Assembly (NCBI GenBank): GCA_963797095.1
Contig: CAWCNY010000007.1
Span: forward strand, 64,001-128,000
Direction: 5' to 3'
DNA from: an uncultured Chloroflexia bacterium
GTDB taxonomy: Bacteria > Chloroflexota > Chloroflexia > QHBQ01 > JADMIH01
DNA length: 64,000 nt
Below are positions 17,902-28,944 of the stretch, piece after piece. The translations under genes were made by a program, and so were the position numbers. The notes under the pieces were generated by a model. The model had not been told where the DNA came from, did not search any database, and was given only the letters and a program-made list of their open reading frames with translations. The number at the start of each line of letters is the position of its first letter. Positions within the stretch are counted from its first letter, which is position 1.

Positions 17902-19530
17902 ATGATTACCGAACAGACCTCCGGATCGCTTACAACCACCGGTAAAGTCGCAGACGCACAGCGTGCCACTCTTCGCGTCCCGCGTTCCGCGATGCTGGTG
18001 GCGGGCCTGGGGATTTTCCTGGCTGCGCTGGACCAGACGGTGATCGTGACCGCTCTCTGGCCTATCTCCCAGGAAATGGCTATCCCGGTCACTGAGTTGG
18101 ACAAGGCGGCCTGGGTCGTGACCGCCTATCTGCTCGGCTACACGGTTGCTTTGCCCCTTATGGGTCGGGTAGCCGATGTCTACGGCCAGCGCAAGATATT
18201 CCTGTTGTCGCTTGGTGTATTCATGCTGGGGTCGCTGCTGTGCGCCATCGCGCCGAGCCTGGGCTGGCTGATCGCGGCACGTGGGTTGCAGGCGGTAGGT
18301 GGTGGGGCCGTCCTGCCCGTCGGTATGGCGATGGCGAGCCACATCTACAGCCAAAAGCACGTGCCCTTCATGCTCGGCATCCTGGGAGCCGTTGCGGAAG
18401 CGGGAGGCGTGATAGGCCCACTGTGGGGCGCGGCGATCATGCAGTGGATGGACGGGCTATTCAAAATATCGGGTTGGCGGTGGATATTCTGGGTAAACTT
18501 ACCGCTCGGCCTGCTCTTCGCTGCGCTCATGTTCTTCACGCCCTCCCTTGCCCGGCTGCCCCGCTTTCCGGGGAGGATCGATTGGTTGGGGGCCGGGCTG
18601 CTGGGCATTGGACTGCTGGCCCTTTCTCTCGGCCTCTCCACACCGGGATCGGTGGGTGCGTGGGCTGGGCTGAACAGCCTCCAACCGGGAGAGCAGGCCG
18701 AATGGCTGACGCCGCAAACGGTGGGACTGCTGGCGCTCTCCCTCCTGATGTTCGCGCTGTTCGCTATGTGGCAAAGGCGCGCACGCGAGCCACTCATGCC
18801 TCACGACCTGCTGTCGTGGCGCAACAGGCCCTTCGCGGCGGCCAACCTCGCCAACCTGCTGGTAGGGGCGGCCTTGATCATCACAATGGTGAACGTACCC
18901 CTCTATGTAGCGAGCGTGCTCGACGGCACGGCGGCTGATGGCGGCCTGATGCTCCTGCGGATGACCGCGTTTATACCATTGGGTGCGGTGGCAGGTGGGC
19001 TGCTGGGGGTGCGAGTGCAATACCGGTGGGTGGCGATGGCAGGGTTGCTGGTGACGGCGGCGGGCTTCCTGCAAATGCGCGGCTGGACTCTCCAATCGGC
19101 TGACGACCCCCTGACATGGGCAGGTTTGGCGCTAAACGGGCTGGGGTTCGGGCTGCTGATCTCGCCGGTGACGGCCACCGCTTTGCTGTGGGGCGGGCCG
19201 GGCAGAGCGGCGCTATCGGCAGCGTCGGTGAACGTGGCACGCATAGTGGGCATGATGGTCAGTCTATCGACTCTGACGACGCTGGGATTGCATCGTTTCC
19301 AGGAGCTAATGGCCGACCACCCGGCGGCGATATTCCAGAACCCCGGCGAGACCGCCGAGCAGTTCGCCCAGAGGCAGGCAGATTACGCGCTTGCCTACAA
19401 AACGGCTTCGCTCGATGTGTTCACGGCGGGCTTTTTTATCGCCGGGGTTTTGTGCCTGGTCGCAATCTTGTTCGCCGTCTGGTTGCGGCGCAAGCCGGGA
19501 TCGGGGGCGGAATCCGAGCCGATCTTCTAA
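17902..19530 (+). CDS. MFS drug transporter (DHA2, EmrB/QacA-like)
   Basis: LAALDQTVI, GRVADVYGQRK motif A, WRWIFWVNLP. Confidence 0.92.
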   Translation: MITEQTSGSLTTTGKVADAQRATLRVPRSAMLVAGLGIFLAALDQTVIVTALWPISQEMAIPVTELDKAAWVVTAYLLGYTVALPLMGRVADVYGQRKIFLLSLGVFMLGSLLCAIAPSLGWLIAARGLQAVGGGAVLPVGMAMASHIYSQKHVPFMLGILGAVAEAGGVIGPLWGAAIMQWMDGLFKISGWRWIFWVNLPLGLLFAALMFFTPSLARLPRFPGRIDWLGAGLLGIGLLALSLGLSTPGSVGAWAGLNSLQPGEQAEWLTPQTVGLLALSLLMFALFAMWQRRAREPLMPHDLLSWRNRPFAAANLANLLVGAALIITMVNVPLYVASVLDGTAADGGLMLLRMTAFIPLGAVAGGLLGVRVQYRWVAMAGLLVTAAGFLQMRGWTLQSADDPLTWAGLALNGLGFGLLISPVTATALLWGGPGRAALSAASVNVARIVGMMVSLSTLTTLGLHRFQELMADHPAAIFQNPGETAEQFAQRQADYALAYKTASLDVFTAGFFIAGVLCLVAILFAVWLRRKPGSGAESEPIF

Positions 19531-19534
19531 ATAA

Positions 19535-19572
19535 AGAGAAGAACCGAGCACATCACGCGCTCGGTTCTTCTC
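19535..19572. terminator. Bidirectional terminator hairpin
   Basis: agagaagaaccgagc...gctcggttcttctct between convergent genes. Confidence 0.8.
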
Positions 19573-19595
19573 TTCTCATCCTTGCTCCCGCCAGG

Positions 19596-21698
19596 CTATT
19601 TGATCAACCTGGGGCGAGCGAACGGCATCTCCCACACCGTGGTATCCTGACTATACGATGGGTTGACCTTGAGCCGGAACCACGAACTGGCGCACTGGCC
19701 CTGTGGCCCGAAGAATTCGTTGTACTCTGTGGTACCCTCCGTTGGGATGTTCACCTTTTCCGGCTGCTGCGGCGTTGTCCACCCTGTACATTGATCAGGG
19801 CCGGGACAGTACCAGTCATTGTTAGGCCCTACCCAACCGGTACCGACGTTATCGAAGCAGCCATCGCTGAGAGTATTCTGGCATGGTTGGCAGTTGGAAC
19901 TACCGTCCGGGCATAGGGTTGGATTTGGAGGTGACGAGCCTACAATCACACACTTTTGCATCTGATATTGCAGTGTGCCGGTTGCACCACACCCCGGACC
20001 GCTACAGTCCTGATCAAAGTGGCGGACGGCCAACGTTTGTCCGGCGGCATTCTTGCTCAACTGGGTGAAGAGCATGGGGAACTGCACACCGCTGTCGAGG
20101 TTGAGAGGCATGGCACGTTTGGCGAACACCGAGGCACCACCGGTATTCCAGTCCTCAGGTGGGCTGGCCGAACTGACTTGTTTGAAGTATTGCCCGTTTG
20201 CTCTGCAAAGGCTGTTGGTTGAGTACGGCGGCGACGTGCAATTGTAGTTGGGATAATTGCCGTCCTCCGGGCCTACTCTGAGGTCGAAGTTGTTCTCGCT
20301 TGATCCGGCTGACGTACTTATGTAGAGATAGAAGTAGAAACCACCGTTCGCTTCACGTGCGAAACAGTCCCCACCGCAAGCGCCAGAATCAAAGAGCGTG
20401 ATGTCAAATCCTGGAGGCTGATACCAGGACAGGTCAGTCGCGCTATTCATGCCCACAGTGTATCTTGCAAGGTAGCTATGATCGGATTTGTCCGATAGGG
20501 TGGCCGGGTCACCGAAAGCACTTGTAATATGGGGATCGAAGTGCCAGAGTGTATAGGACGTCGTATCTGCCCAACTGTCACTCCACGTTCCGCCACCTGG
20601 ATTGATGCCACCTGCTGTTCTCGACTGACGGAACTCGTCTACACGCCAGAAGGCGACCCTGCGTACTCCCTTGAATACTCCTGGTATGGGAGTGGCCGTG
20701 AGCGGGTATGCGTTCAAGTGGAGGTATGTATTGAATCTTTCACCGGCACCGGTACCACTGTCGTATGTAAACCTGCCATCATCAGCATAGAATGTAGGGG
20801 AGGCTACGGGTGTAGAACACGGCGTTCCACCCCCTGGACAGACCGTAGGCACAGGTGTCCATGGCGTAGGCGCTGCAGCGGCGCTATTGTACGTGTCCGG
20901 GTCGAAAATCTGGATAACCACATGATCGTCCGGAAAGTCCGGCGGAACATCTACACGATAAAGATAACCATAGGGCATCTTAGCGTTTTCGGGGTTGACG
21001 GTGTTGCCAGATATGTACTGAGGAGAGTAAGCATCGCCGCCCTGGCGCCAGCTATCCGGCCCCCAGATACTGATATTAAGCTCGTTCACCACGCCCAGGA
21101 AACCGTAGGGCTTGATGTTGATCTCGGCGAAGGCATTGAGGTCGGCTGTAGCGTCGGCGCTTACATCAACCGTCTTCCAGATCGGTATCAGCCGCATAAA
21201 GAAGGTATCTACCCTCTGGATAGCATGCACGTGAACCTGTGACACATCGTAGTAAACGTCAACCGATTTGCTGGTCAAAGTGTTTGTAGGCACGCCGTTG
21301 GCTTCGAGCATCTGGTATGCTTTGGTCCGAACCGTGGAGGAGAGCACGCTGCCGTCGCTCAACAGTTGGGCGGCTGAGAGGGCCGAGGAGTTGACCGCGC
21401 TCTGTAGCTTGGCACGCTTACCCATGAGGTTGCCAACATCCACACCCAATCCGACGAACAGGATGAGAATCGTCATCATCAAAGCAATTATGAGAAGGGC
21501 CTGGCCTCTTGAGCGTGGATGATCGACCCTGCGGGCGGCTCTACCGTTCGGCGATATGATCCGAGCGCGTGAGGCCACACGGCCTTGAGGGTCATGGGTG
21601 GCAAGGTAGAGGTCGAGATCAACCTGACGCTCGACCTCGGCACTACCAAAAGGGGCGTCCGGTCCTCTATATGTCTTATTTCGCAATGATCTTTTCAT
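19596..21698 (-). CDS. TadG-like pilus assembly/adhesin protein
   Basis: RGQALLIIAL...GLGVDVG...LQSAVNSSALSAA Tad N-terminus; large Cys-containing extracellular region. Confidence 0.85.
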   Translation of the reverse strand: MKRSLRNKTYRGPDAPFGSAEVERQVDLDLYLATHDPQGRVASRARIISPNGRAARRVDHPRSRGQALLIIALMMTILILFVGLGVDVGNLMGKRAKLQSAVNSSALSAAQLLSDGSVLSSTVRTKAYQMLEANGVPTNTLTSKSVDVYYDVSQVHVHAIQRVDTFFMRLIPIWKTVDVSADATADLNAFAEINIKPYGFLGVVNELNISIWGPDSWRQGGDAYSPQYISGNTVNPENAKMPYGYLYRVDVPPDFPDDHVVIQIFDPDTYNSAAAAPTPWTPVPTVCPGGGTPCSTPVASPTFYADDGRFTYDSGTGAGERFNTYLHLNAYPLTATPIPGVFKGVRRVAFWRVDEFRQSRTAGGINPGGGTWSDSWADTTSYTLWHFDPHITSAFGDPATLSDKSDHSYLARYTVGMNSATDLSWYQPPGFDITLFDSGACGGDCFAREANGGFYFYLYISTSAGSSENNFDLRVGPEDGNYPNYNCTSPPYSTNSLCRANGQYFKQVSSASPPEDWNTGGASVFAKRAMPLNLDSGVQFPMLFTQLSKNAAGQTLAVRHFDQDCSGPGCGATGTLQYQMQKCVIVGSSPPNPTLCPDGSSNCQPCQNTLSDGCFDNVGTGWVGPNNDWYCPGPDQCTGWTTPQQPEKVNIPTEGTTEYNEFFGPQGQCASSWFRLKVNPSYSQDTTVWEMPFARPRLIK

Positions 21699-21733
21699 AA
21701 TAAGTGCTCTCTATTGGGAATGGATTATGCGGT

Positions 21734-21779
21734 CGTCACTCGTCACTCGTCACTCGTCACTCGTCACTCGTCACTCGTC
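21734..21779. repeat. Heptamer tandem array (CGTCACT)x~6
   Basis: Directly visible. Confidence 0.95.
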
Positions 21780-21780
21780 G

Positions 21781-22398
21781 TCAGTTGTTTGGCTCTTGTT
21801 GGATAATCGCGTAGCTGGTCATCGGAAGCTGCGCTCCCGGGGCAATGAGCGAAGCAAGCACGGGGGTGTAACGGAAGTCAACTTCGACAATAATGAAGGG
21901 TATGTTGGCTGCGCTGGCCCCCGAGGCCTGTTGGAGCCTTGCCTGGATTCCCGTACGGGTAACCCTGGGGGTATCGCCACTGCTGCTGTCACCGTTGTAC
22001 AGCTGGTCCTTTTTCCAATGGGCGGAGTTGTTGGGAATCTGGCCCGAACCGTTAGTCGCACCCTGGATCCTGAAGATATCTATATTGAGGCTGCCGCTAA
22101 TTTCGCGGCTCGATCCGAAGTCCACACCCTTGAGCTTGTAGAGAATAAGGTTGACGGTGTCGCCGGGGCGGCCCTGGTCGAGGGCGAAACGGGTTCCATC
22201 GCGGGCGGCCGTGCCGACCCGCAACCATGCGTTGAATGCAAGCCCGCCTTCAACTACAACGCTGAGGAGCATCACCAGCAGCGGAAGGAGCAAAGCCAAC
22301 TCTATCAGGCTTTGGCCCCGCCGCCTCTTTGATCTGCCTTCACCTGGTGCAGCACCTTTGCTCTTTATTCTGTTACGCCTGAGCATTGTCAATTTCAC
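21781..22398 (-). CDS. TadE-like minor pilin
   Basis: RGQSLIELALLLP...AARDGTRFA. Confidence 0.88.
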   Translation of the reverse strand: MKLTMLRRNRIKSKGAAPGEGRSKRRRGQSLIELALLLPLLVMLLSVVVEGGLAFNAWLRVGTAARDGTRFALDQGRPGDTVNLILYKLKGVDFGSSREISGSLNIDIFRIQGATNGSGQIPNNSAHWKKDQLYNGDSSSGDTPRVTRTGIQARLQQASGASAANIPFIIVEVDFRYTPVLASLIAPGAQLPMTSYAIIQQEPNN

Positions 22399-22456
22399 TG
22401 TTCGCCCCCTGGCATCATTTGTAAGCCATCTTCGAAATTTTCAGTCATCGTCCGGC

Positions 22457-22483
22457 GAGGAGCGGAATTCCTTTTCCGCTCCT
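22457..22483. terminator. Intergenic hairpin
   Basis: gaggagcggaa-ttcct-ttccgctcctc-type stem inside tad cluster; no clear U tail. Confidence 0.45.
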
Positions 22484-22495
22484 CATTCATCTCGA

Positions 22496-24247
22496 TTATG
22501 GACAACCCCCCAGGTCGCCTTGCTGAGCGTTGCCGCTACCCGACCCTGTGGTATAACCCACCGCGTTCGCCGTCGCGTTTATGGTTATACTGCTGGCTGC
22601 ACCGCTGAACGAGCCTACGTTACATACCGTGTAGACCCCGTTACCTGTGTTAGATAGCGACCCGGACCAGGACTGGCTTCCGTTGCTGGCCGATACCGTC
22701 ACGGTAGCGCCGTTCACGCGGTTAAGGGAGATAGCATCTCTCACAATCACCTGGATGTCGAGAGGTCTGCCCGACCCGGATGGCTTGTAGCCTGTCACGC
22801 TGACGCTCAGAGGCAGAGGCGTATTGGTAGGAGTAGCCGTATTGGTAGCCGTAGGCGTCCTGGTAGGCGTGTTGGTAGGTGTTCTGGTGGGCGTGTTGGT
22901 GGGTGTTCTGGTGGGTGTGTTGGTGGGTGTGTTACTGGGCGTCCTGGTAGGCGTAGATGTCCTGGTAAAGGTAGGAGTGATGGTTGGTGTCTGCGTAACA
23001 GTAGGCGTCTTGGTCGGGGTGGAAGTACGGGTAGCAGTGGCCGCCGAAGTGGGGGTGGATGTGCTGGTCTTGGTGTTGGTCGGTGCCAGCGCGGTCTGGG
23101 TAGCGGCTGCAATCGCCGTCTGGGTCGCACCCGCAACTGCGGTCTGGGTGGCGTGCATGTTGGCGGTCTGCGTGGCCGCTGCCGCCGCGGTTTGCGTCGG
23201 GATTGCGATTGCGGTCTGGGTTTGCCCCGCAACTGCGGTCTGGGTAATACCAGCGACGGCGGTCTGGGTCTGGCCGGCTCTCATGGTGCTGGTGGCCGCT
23301 GCCGCTGCCGTCTGCGTCGGGATCGCGATAGAAGTCTGGGTAGCCGCCACAGAGGTATTGGTAGCGGCTGCTATAGAGGTAGACGTAGCGGCTATTGAGG
23401 TATTGGTAGCCGCTGCGATGGAAGTTGACGTAGCCGCAACCGATGTATTTGTGGCGGCTGCTATAGATGTAGAGGTAGCCGCTACCGAGGTCTCAGTGGC
23501 GTGTACCTGAGCGGTCTGAGTCGCAAACACACCCGCTGTTTGGGTAGCAGCAACTGCGGTCATCTGCGCAAAGGCAGTCGCGGCGAAGGCGGTTTCAGTC
23601 TGATGCGCCTGCATTGTCTGAGTAGGATAAGGAACAGGGGTCCATGTAGGGAAAGGCGGGGGCGTAGGCCCAAGGTTGGCGTGGTCGAACTGCTGGACCG
23701 CCCCCCACGCTTCGTTGATCGAAAACTCGACCCCTTGAAGCTTAATATAAGGAATTACCGCGCTAACGAGCGGGGTAAGAGGTTTGACGGTGTAGGAAAC
23801 CCGCACCACGATGGTATCGCCCGGCCCACCTGCCGTGCCTTCCACGTCGCCCGACGTGATGTCCACCTGCCAGAAGCCCCATTCCCACGGTATGTCTGTG
23901 TCGGTGAGGGGTAGTCCCGCCAAACCCTGTTTAGCGATATCTTTGATGCTGGTCTCGCGAGGTATCAAGTGGCCGCCGGCATCCTTAAACTGCTGGCCTG
24001 TAATTGCGAAGCGAATGGCCTGGCGGGCGGCATTGTTCACACTGACCTGGGCCTGTACGATGCGCGCCAGGTCTATAATGCCGAAGATCAGAAGCAAAAG
24101 GAGAGGTGCCACCAGGGCAAACTCTACCAGGCTCTGTCCCTCGTTCTTCCGGCGAAAACGGGATGAGTGCTTGGGTCCGGCGGCCCGGCTCTCACTATTC
24201 TTGTTGGACAGAAGGGGTCTAACCCTTCGTACCTGGCTGTTCTTCAT
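22496..24247 (-). CDS. TadE-like pilin with Ala/Thr 11-aa repeats, Pro/Thr linker and C-terminal beta domain
   Basis: EGQSLVEFALVAP...AARQAIRFA; AATxTSIA and TNTPTRTP repeats. Confidence 0.88.
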   Translation of the reverse strand: MKNSQVRRVRPLLSNKNSESRAAGPKHSSRFRRKNEGQSLVEFALVAPLLLLLIFGIIDLARIVQAQVSVNNAARQAIRFAITGQQFKDAGGHLIPRETSIKDIAKQGLAGLPLTDTDIPWEWGFWQVDITSGDVEGTAGGPGDTIVVRVSYTVKPLTPLVSAVIPYIKLQGVEFSINEAWGAVQQFDHANLGPTPPPFPTWTPVPYPTQTMQAHQTETAFAATAFAQMTAVAATQTAGVFATQTAQVHATETSVAATSTSIAAATNTSVAATSTSIAAATNTSIAATSTSIAAATNTSVAATQTSIAIPTQTAAAAATSTMRAGQTQTAVAGITQTAVAGQTQTAIAIPTQTAAAAATQTANMHATQTAVAGATQTAIAAATQTALAPTNTKTSTSTPTSAATATRTSTPTKTPTVTQTPTITPTFTRTSTPTRTPSNTPTNTPTRTPTNTPTRTPTNTPTRTPTATNTATPTNTPLPLSVSVTGYKPSGSGRPLDIQVIVRDAISLNRVNGATVTVSASNGSQSWSGSLSNTGNGVYTVCNVGSFSGAASSITINATANAVGYTTGSGSGNAQQGDLGGCP

Positions 24248-24450
24248 GTTCGCACCTGTATTCGGTCGTAGTTGCAATTATCAACGCTGCTCATGGCAGA
24301 GATTTTTGCTCTGCTATGACGACAAGCGCTCGAAGCCTGCGCGCACGTGGGCAGACTCTGACACCATTATTATCAGTGGTGGCATCGCAAAGGGTAATGG
24401 GAATTTAGTACCGTCGCACTTCGCCCTAAAGTAGTATTTCAAAGCTAGTA

Positions 24451-24535
24451 CCTGGTGACCCGAATCCTAATACGCGAACGTAATCTACTGTCAAAAGTAC
24501 TGTTTACGCTTGCGTATTAATGTTTGGGTCACCAG
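24451..24535. terminator. Long imperfect inverted repeat downstream of first tadE
   Basis: cctggtgacccgaatcctaatacgcgaacgtaa ... ttacgcttgcgtattaatgtttgggtcaccagg. Confidence 0.6.
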
Positions 24536-24547
24536 GGGGAACCTGTG

Positions 24548-25960
24548 TTAGTGACAACTACTCAGATTGCCTAACTGTGCAGTTGAGCTGGCTGAGCCGG
24601 TCACATAACCGGGCTTGCCGGCGGTGGCATCTACGCTGACGTAGAACCACCAACCGCTGAACGACCCGACATTGCACACTCTATAGGTGCCGTTGCCTGC
24701 ATCCGACAGGTTCCCGGACCAGTGTTGGCTGCCGTTGCTTGCCGATACGCTCACAGTCGCACCACTGACTCTGTTGCCGGAGGCATCTGTTACTACTGCT
24801 TCGATATCGAGAGGGTTGTTGCTCCCCCAGGGCATATAGGCCACCACGCTGACATTAAGAGGCGCAATCGTGGGTGTAACGGTAAGCGTAGAGGATCGGG
24901 TAGGAGAGGGGGTCCTGGTCGGCGTGTTGGTACGCGTGGAGGTGGGCGTAATAGTAGGCGTTCTTGTGGCGGTAGATGTGGGTGTAAAGGTGGGGGTGTT
25001 GGTATGCGTGTGGGTGCGTGTGCTGGTGGGTGTGGACGTGACAGCAGGTGTGGGCGTGCGAGTGGACGTAGGGGTCAAGGTGTGGGTGTTAGTAGGCGTG
25101 TTAGTGATAGTAGGCGTATTGCTGGGAGTGCTGGTGTTGGTGCCGGTTGCGGTGGGGGCCAGTGCGGTTTGAGTGGCGGCAGCAGCCGCGGTCTGAGTTG
25201 CAAGCACACCGGCAGTTTGTGTGGCGGCTGTATTGGCAGTACGAGTAGGAATGGCGATAGCGGTCTGGGTCATGTGGGCGATAGCCGTCCCTGCGAAGGC
25301 GGTGGCGGTTTGACCAGCCACGTAGGTCTGAGTGGGGTAAGGAGCAGGGGTCCAGGTGGGGAAGGGCAGGGGCGTAGGCCCCAGGTTGGCGTGGTCGAAT
25401 TGTTGGACCGCTCCCCACGCTTCGTTGATCGATATGGAATACCCTTGAAGTAAGAGGGATGGAATCATTCCACTGATGATGGGAGTAAGGGGCTTGACTG
25501 CGTAGGAGACGCGCACCACGATGGTATCGCCAGGCCCTCCCGCCGTACCTTCCTCCCCACCCGAAGAAACATCCACCTGCCAGAAGCCCCACCCGTTGGG
25601 GTTATCCGTATCGGTCAGGGGCAAACCCGCCAAACCCTGCCTGGCGATATCCTTGATGCTATCTTCGCGCGGGATCGGATTGCCATCCGTATCGAAGAGA
25701 CGCTGGCCGGTGATCGCAAATCGAACAGCCTGGCGAGCGGCATTGTTGACGGTGACCTGAGCCTGCACTATGCGGGATATATCTATGATGCCGAAAATCA
25801 AGAGCAAGAGAAGGGGCGCTACCAGGGCGAATTCCAGCAAACTTTGCCCTTTGCTCTTATTGTGACCTTTTAAGGATTCCCTCGGGCTAACGCTTCTGCC
25901 CTTCTTATCTCTATCCTGTCGAAAATTCCTGGCTTCTTGTATCCAACTATTATTCGTCAT
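24548..25960 (-). CDS. TadE-like pilin paralog with shorter linker
   Basis: [13 protein letters not shown]; near-identical TadE domain and homologous C-terminal domain to 22496-24247; start uncertain. Confidence 0.88.
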   Translation of the reverse strand: MTNNSWIQEARNFRQDRDKKGRSVSPRESLKGHNKSKGQSLLEFALVAPLLLLLIFGIIDISRIVQAQVTVNNAARQAVRFAITGQRLFDTDGNPIPREDSIKDIARQGLAGLPLTDTDNPNGWGFWQVDVSSGGEEGTAGGPGDTIVVRVSYAVKPLTPIISGMIPSLLLQGYSISINEAWGAVQQFDHANLGPTPLPFPTWTPAPYPTQTYVAGQTATAFAGTAIAHMTQTAIAIPTRTANTAATQTAGVLATQTAAAAATQTALAPTATGTNTSTPSNTPTITNTPTNTHTLTPTSTRTPTPAVTSTPTSTRTHTHTNTPTFTPTSTATRTPTITPTSTRTNTPTRTPSPTRSSTLTVTPTIAPLNVSVVAYMPWGSNNPLDIEAVVTDASGNRVSGATVSVSASNGSQHWSGNLSDAGNGTYRVCNVGSFSGWWFYVSVDATAGKPGYVTGSASSTAQLGNLSSCH

Positions 25961-26254
25961 TACAACTCGATTCTGGTTAGGACGCACTCTCAACTGCTAG
26001 CAGACTCTTGTGTCTATTATGGGGTCTGGTGGCTCGACAGGCAATGGGAAGGTGGTACCAATCTTGAGCGCGCCAATAGAGGTATTATGTCCTAATACCT
26101 GGAACAGCGCGACGCACAAGTTGAGGCGCTAGCCGGAAAACTATCACACGGCCCCTGTGCGTAGCTTTTATGCCTGCTTCCTACAAGGCGCAGGCTGGCC
26201 CAACCTGATATAATGGTACGTGCGCCCCGGCTACTGTACCCCTGGCTAATACTA

Positions 26255-27064
26255 ATGAAGACAGAAGATTCGCTGAATTTCGATAACCCATCTCAAGAGA
26301 CTGTTCCTTCACAAACAGAGGCTGATGCGTCACCCAACGGGATGCTGCCGGATAATGAGAAGGCAGATGCCCAAATTGAAGAGCAAACTGCCGAGCAGGA
26401 AGTAGGCAAGCCAGAGAAGCCACGTACCAAGCCGATCATGCGCGAGATGATCGAAACGGTGCTGATCGTAGCGGTAGTTTTCCTTACCGTTCGATTGCTT
26501 ATCCAGAATTTTGTGGTAGACGGCGATAGCATGTTGCCTACCCTCCATAACGAAGAATATTTGCTGGTAAACAAAGCAGCGTATTTTCAATACGACTCGA
26601 ACTTCTTCGCGAGATTGTTCAACCCGGACACCCCCTCCGACTTGCACTATCTTTTCGGGGGGCCGTCGCGCGGCGATATAATCGTGTTCAACTCACCCAC
26701 CGAGCCTAAAGATTTCATAAAGCGAGTGATTGCACTTGAAGGCGAAACGTTGGAGATACGCCCCGACCCCGACCCTATTGGACGCCCAGGCAGTCCCTGT
26801 GGGGATTGCGGTGTCTATGTGAACGGCGTGCGGCTGGACGAACCTTATATTAAGGAAACACCCAATTACCGGGTAGAGCCAATGGTCGTGCCGAAGGGCT
26901 ACGTATATGTACTGGGAGACAACAGACGCAACTCCACTGACTCACACGCGTTCGGGCCACTGGCCGTGGACAGCATCATCGGCCCGGCCTTTGTAGCCTA
27001 CTGGCCCATCGACAGGTGGGGCTTCCTGTCGCACCCCACCTATGCGGCCACGGCGCAGCCATAA
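26255..27064 (+). CDS. lepB: Signal peptidase I
   Basis: GDSMLPTL, RGDIIVF, FIKRVIA, GDNRRNSTDS; start uncertain. Confidence 0.93.
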   Translation: MKTEDSLNFDNPSQETVPSQTEADASPNGMLPDNEKADAQIEEQTAEQEVGKPEKPRTKPIMREMIETVLIVAVVFLTVRLLIQNFVVDGDSMLPTLHNEEYLLVNKAAYFQYDSNFFARLFNPDTPSDLHYLFGGPSRGDIIVFNSPTEPKDFIKRVIALEGETLEIRPDPDPIGRPGSPCGDCGVYVNGVRLDEPYIKETPNYRVEPMVVPKGYVYVLGDNRRNSTDSHAFGPLAVDSIIGPAFVAYWPIDRWGFLSHPTYAATAQP

Positions 27065-27118
27065 GCTATCTTTGAGCAACCGGTCACGTAAATCGATTAT
27101 GGCAATGGTGAATACAGC

Positions 27119-27842
27119 TTAGGGATTTACCCACTGGCGGGTGGCTAGGTCAAAGGTGTAGGTGATTTGGGGTGTATGCTCTATCGTAGTGACGGTGAAA
27201 AGCGTCCCATCTACAGACGTGATCATTGTGGTCCCTACTTTATCTGGTGTAGGGATGTACTGCGATTCAAGTGTGTCTCTGACATAGACCCAGATCAGCC
27301 CTTGTGTCATATCTCTGTAGTGCGCCCCTGATCTTTTCAGGGTCGTAGTACAGTCTATGACCGGAAACTTGGTCGGCTCAATAAAGGCTGGAGGAGTGGC
27401 AGTAGTGACAGTGAAGTCACATGTAGATTGATCGCCCTCGAAGAACTGAGCATCTTGCGAAGTGATGAATATATGCGCCAGGAGTAGGGGTGCTTGTCGG
27501 CCCACCACCAAGGTTAGGCCCGGAAGTCGGTGTGTTGGTTGGCCCGCCCAGCTGATAAAGTACGTTCACTGGCTGGCCCATCAATTCATTATTACCAGGT
27601 GCAAACAATGCCTGGAACGGCAGTTGCTGATTTGCTTGCTGAGATTGAACTACCTGGGCATTCTGGGCATGGAAAAGTGTAGAATCGTCAGCCTTCGTCC
27701 CAGGTGTTATAATGCCGGATATTGCCAATTCAAACAAGATGGGGATAGCGATAACTAAGAGCATGCTCATGGCAACCCGGCGAAGTCGTGAAAACAGCCC
27801 GAAATCATGATTGAGAAGGCGGAATGATGTACTAGGAGTCAT
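27119..27842 (-). pseudogene. Frameshifted exported protein (two overlapping ORFs)
   Basis: TM anchor and PT linker in 27417-27842 continue sensibly into 27119-27511 frame near 27470. Confidence 0.55.
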
Positions 27843-27975
27843 GGTAATCTACTAATGAATAGGAAAGTATAATACTTGATTCTTGCGAAGCTGTACCAAT
27901 CATATAATATGTATATCTCAGAGTCAATAGCCACAATGTACGATTGTGTGGATGTCGGTCGTCTCAGGGACACAT

Positions 27976-28944
27976 GTGTTAACCGGTAAGAGTAACGCGC
28001 ACGAGCACGGTCATACACACAGACACGCCGGTGATAGCACGCATGGAGAATCGGCCAGGCGCTACATCCTCCTCTCGTTAGGCGCAGCCATAATCAATAT
28101 TGCCTTCAAAGGCGGCGCGTGGATGCTCACCGGGTCGGTCGGTATGCTGTCCGACGCTGCCGAGTCGGTGATCAACTTGCTGGCCGCCGGGCTGGGGTTC
28201 TGGTTGCTCACCGTGGCGGCACGCCCGCCCGACGAAGAACATGCTTACGGGCACACGAAAGCCGAGTATTTCGCCAGCGGTGCCGAAAGCACCCTCATCC
28301 TGGTAGCGGCGGTTGCGATAGCCTGGGCCGCCTGGGGGCGCTTGCTCTCACCTCAAACCCTCGACAACGTATGGATCGGGCTGGCCGTATCTCTGGTGGC
28401 AAGTGTGGTGAATGGCGTAGTCGCATACATCCTCTTTGGCGCGGGCCGCAGGCTGAACTCGATCACACTCAGGGCCGATGCCAACCATTTAGTGACAGAT
28501 GTATGGACCTCGGCGGGCGTGCTGGTGGGGGTGGTGCTGGTGCAGATCACCGGCTGGCTCATACTCGACCCGCTTATCGCATTCCTGGTAGCCGCCAACA
28601 TCGCCTGGACGGGCGCGCGCCTACTCAACGATTCGGCACACGGCCTGCTCGATACGGCCCTGCCACAAGCCGACCTGGACACCATCGCCAAAGTGCAGGC
28701 CACCTACCGGGCACAGGGCATAGATTTCCACGCTTTGCGCACCAGGCAGGCGGGTCAGCGCCGCTTCATCTCGATGCACGTACTGGTACCTGGGGCCTGG
28801 ACGGTATACAGGGGGCACGCTCTTTGCGAGCGTATCGAGCGCGATATTATCGCTGCCCTCCCCAGGAGCACCGTTTTCACCCACCTGGAGTCGCTGGAAG
28901 ACCCCACATCTTTTACCGATCAGGGCCTCGACCGCCGCTCGTGA
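27976..28944 (+). CDS. Cation diffusion facilitator (FieF-like) with His-rich N-terminus
   Basis: [33 protein letters not shown]; start uncertain. Confidence 0.92.
   Translation: MLTGKSNAHEHGHTHRHAGDSTHGESARRYILLSLGAAIINIAFKGGAWMLTGSVGMLSDAAESVINLLAAGLGFWLLTVAARPPDEEHAYGHTKAEYFASGAESTLILVAAVAIAWAAWGRLLSPQTLDNVWIGLAVSLVASVVNGVVAYILFGAGRRLNSITLRADANHLVTDVWTSAGVLVGVVLVQITGWLILDPLIAFLVAANIAWTGARLLNDSAHGLLDTALPQADLDTIAKVQATYRAQGIDFHALRTRQAGQRRFISMHVLVPGAWTVYRGHALCERIERDIIAALPRSTVFTHLESLEDPTSFTDQGLDRRS

Noticed and set aside
22824-25453. Val/Gly-rich + strand ORFs
   Set aside because: Antisense shadows of the Thr/Pro linkers of the TadE genes
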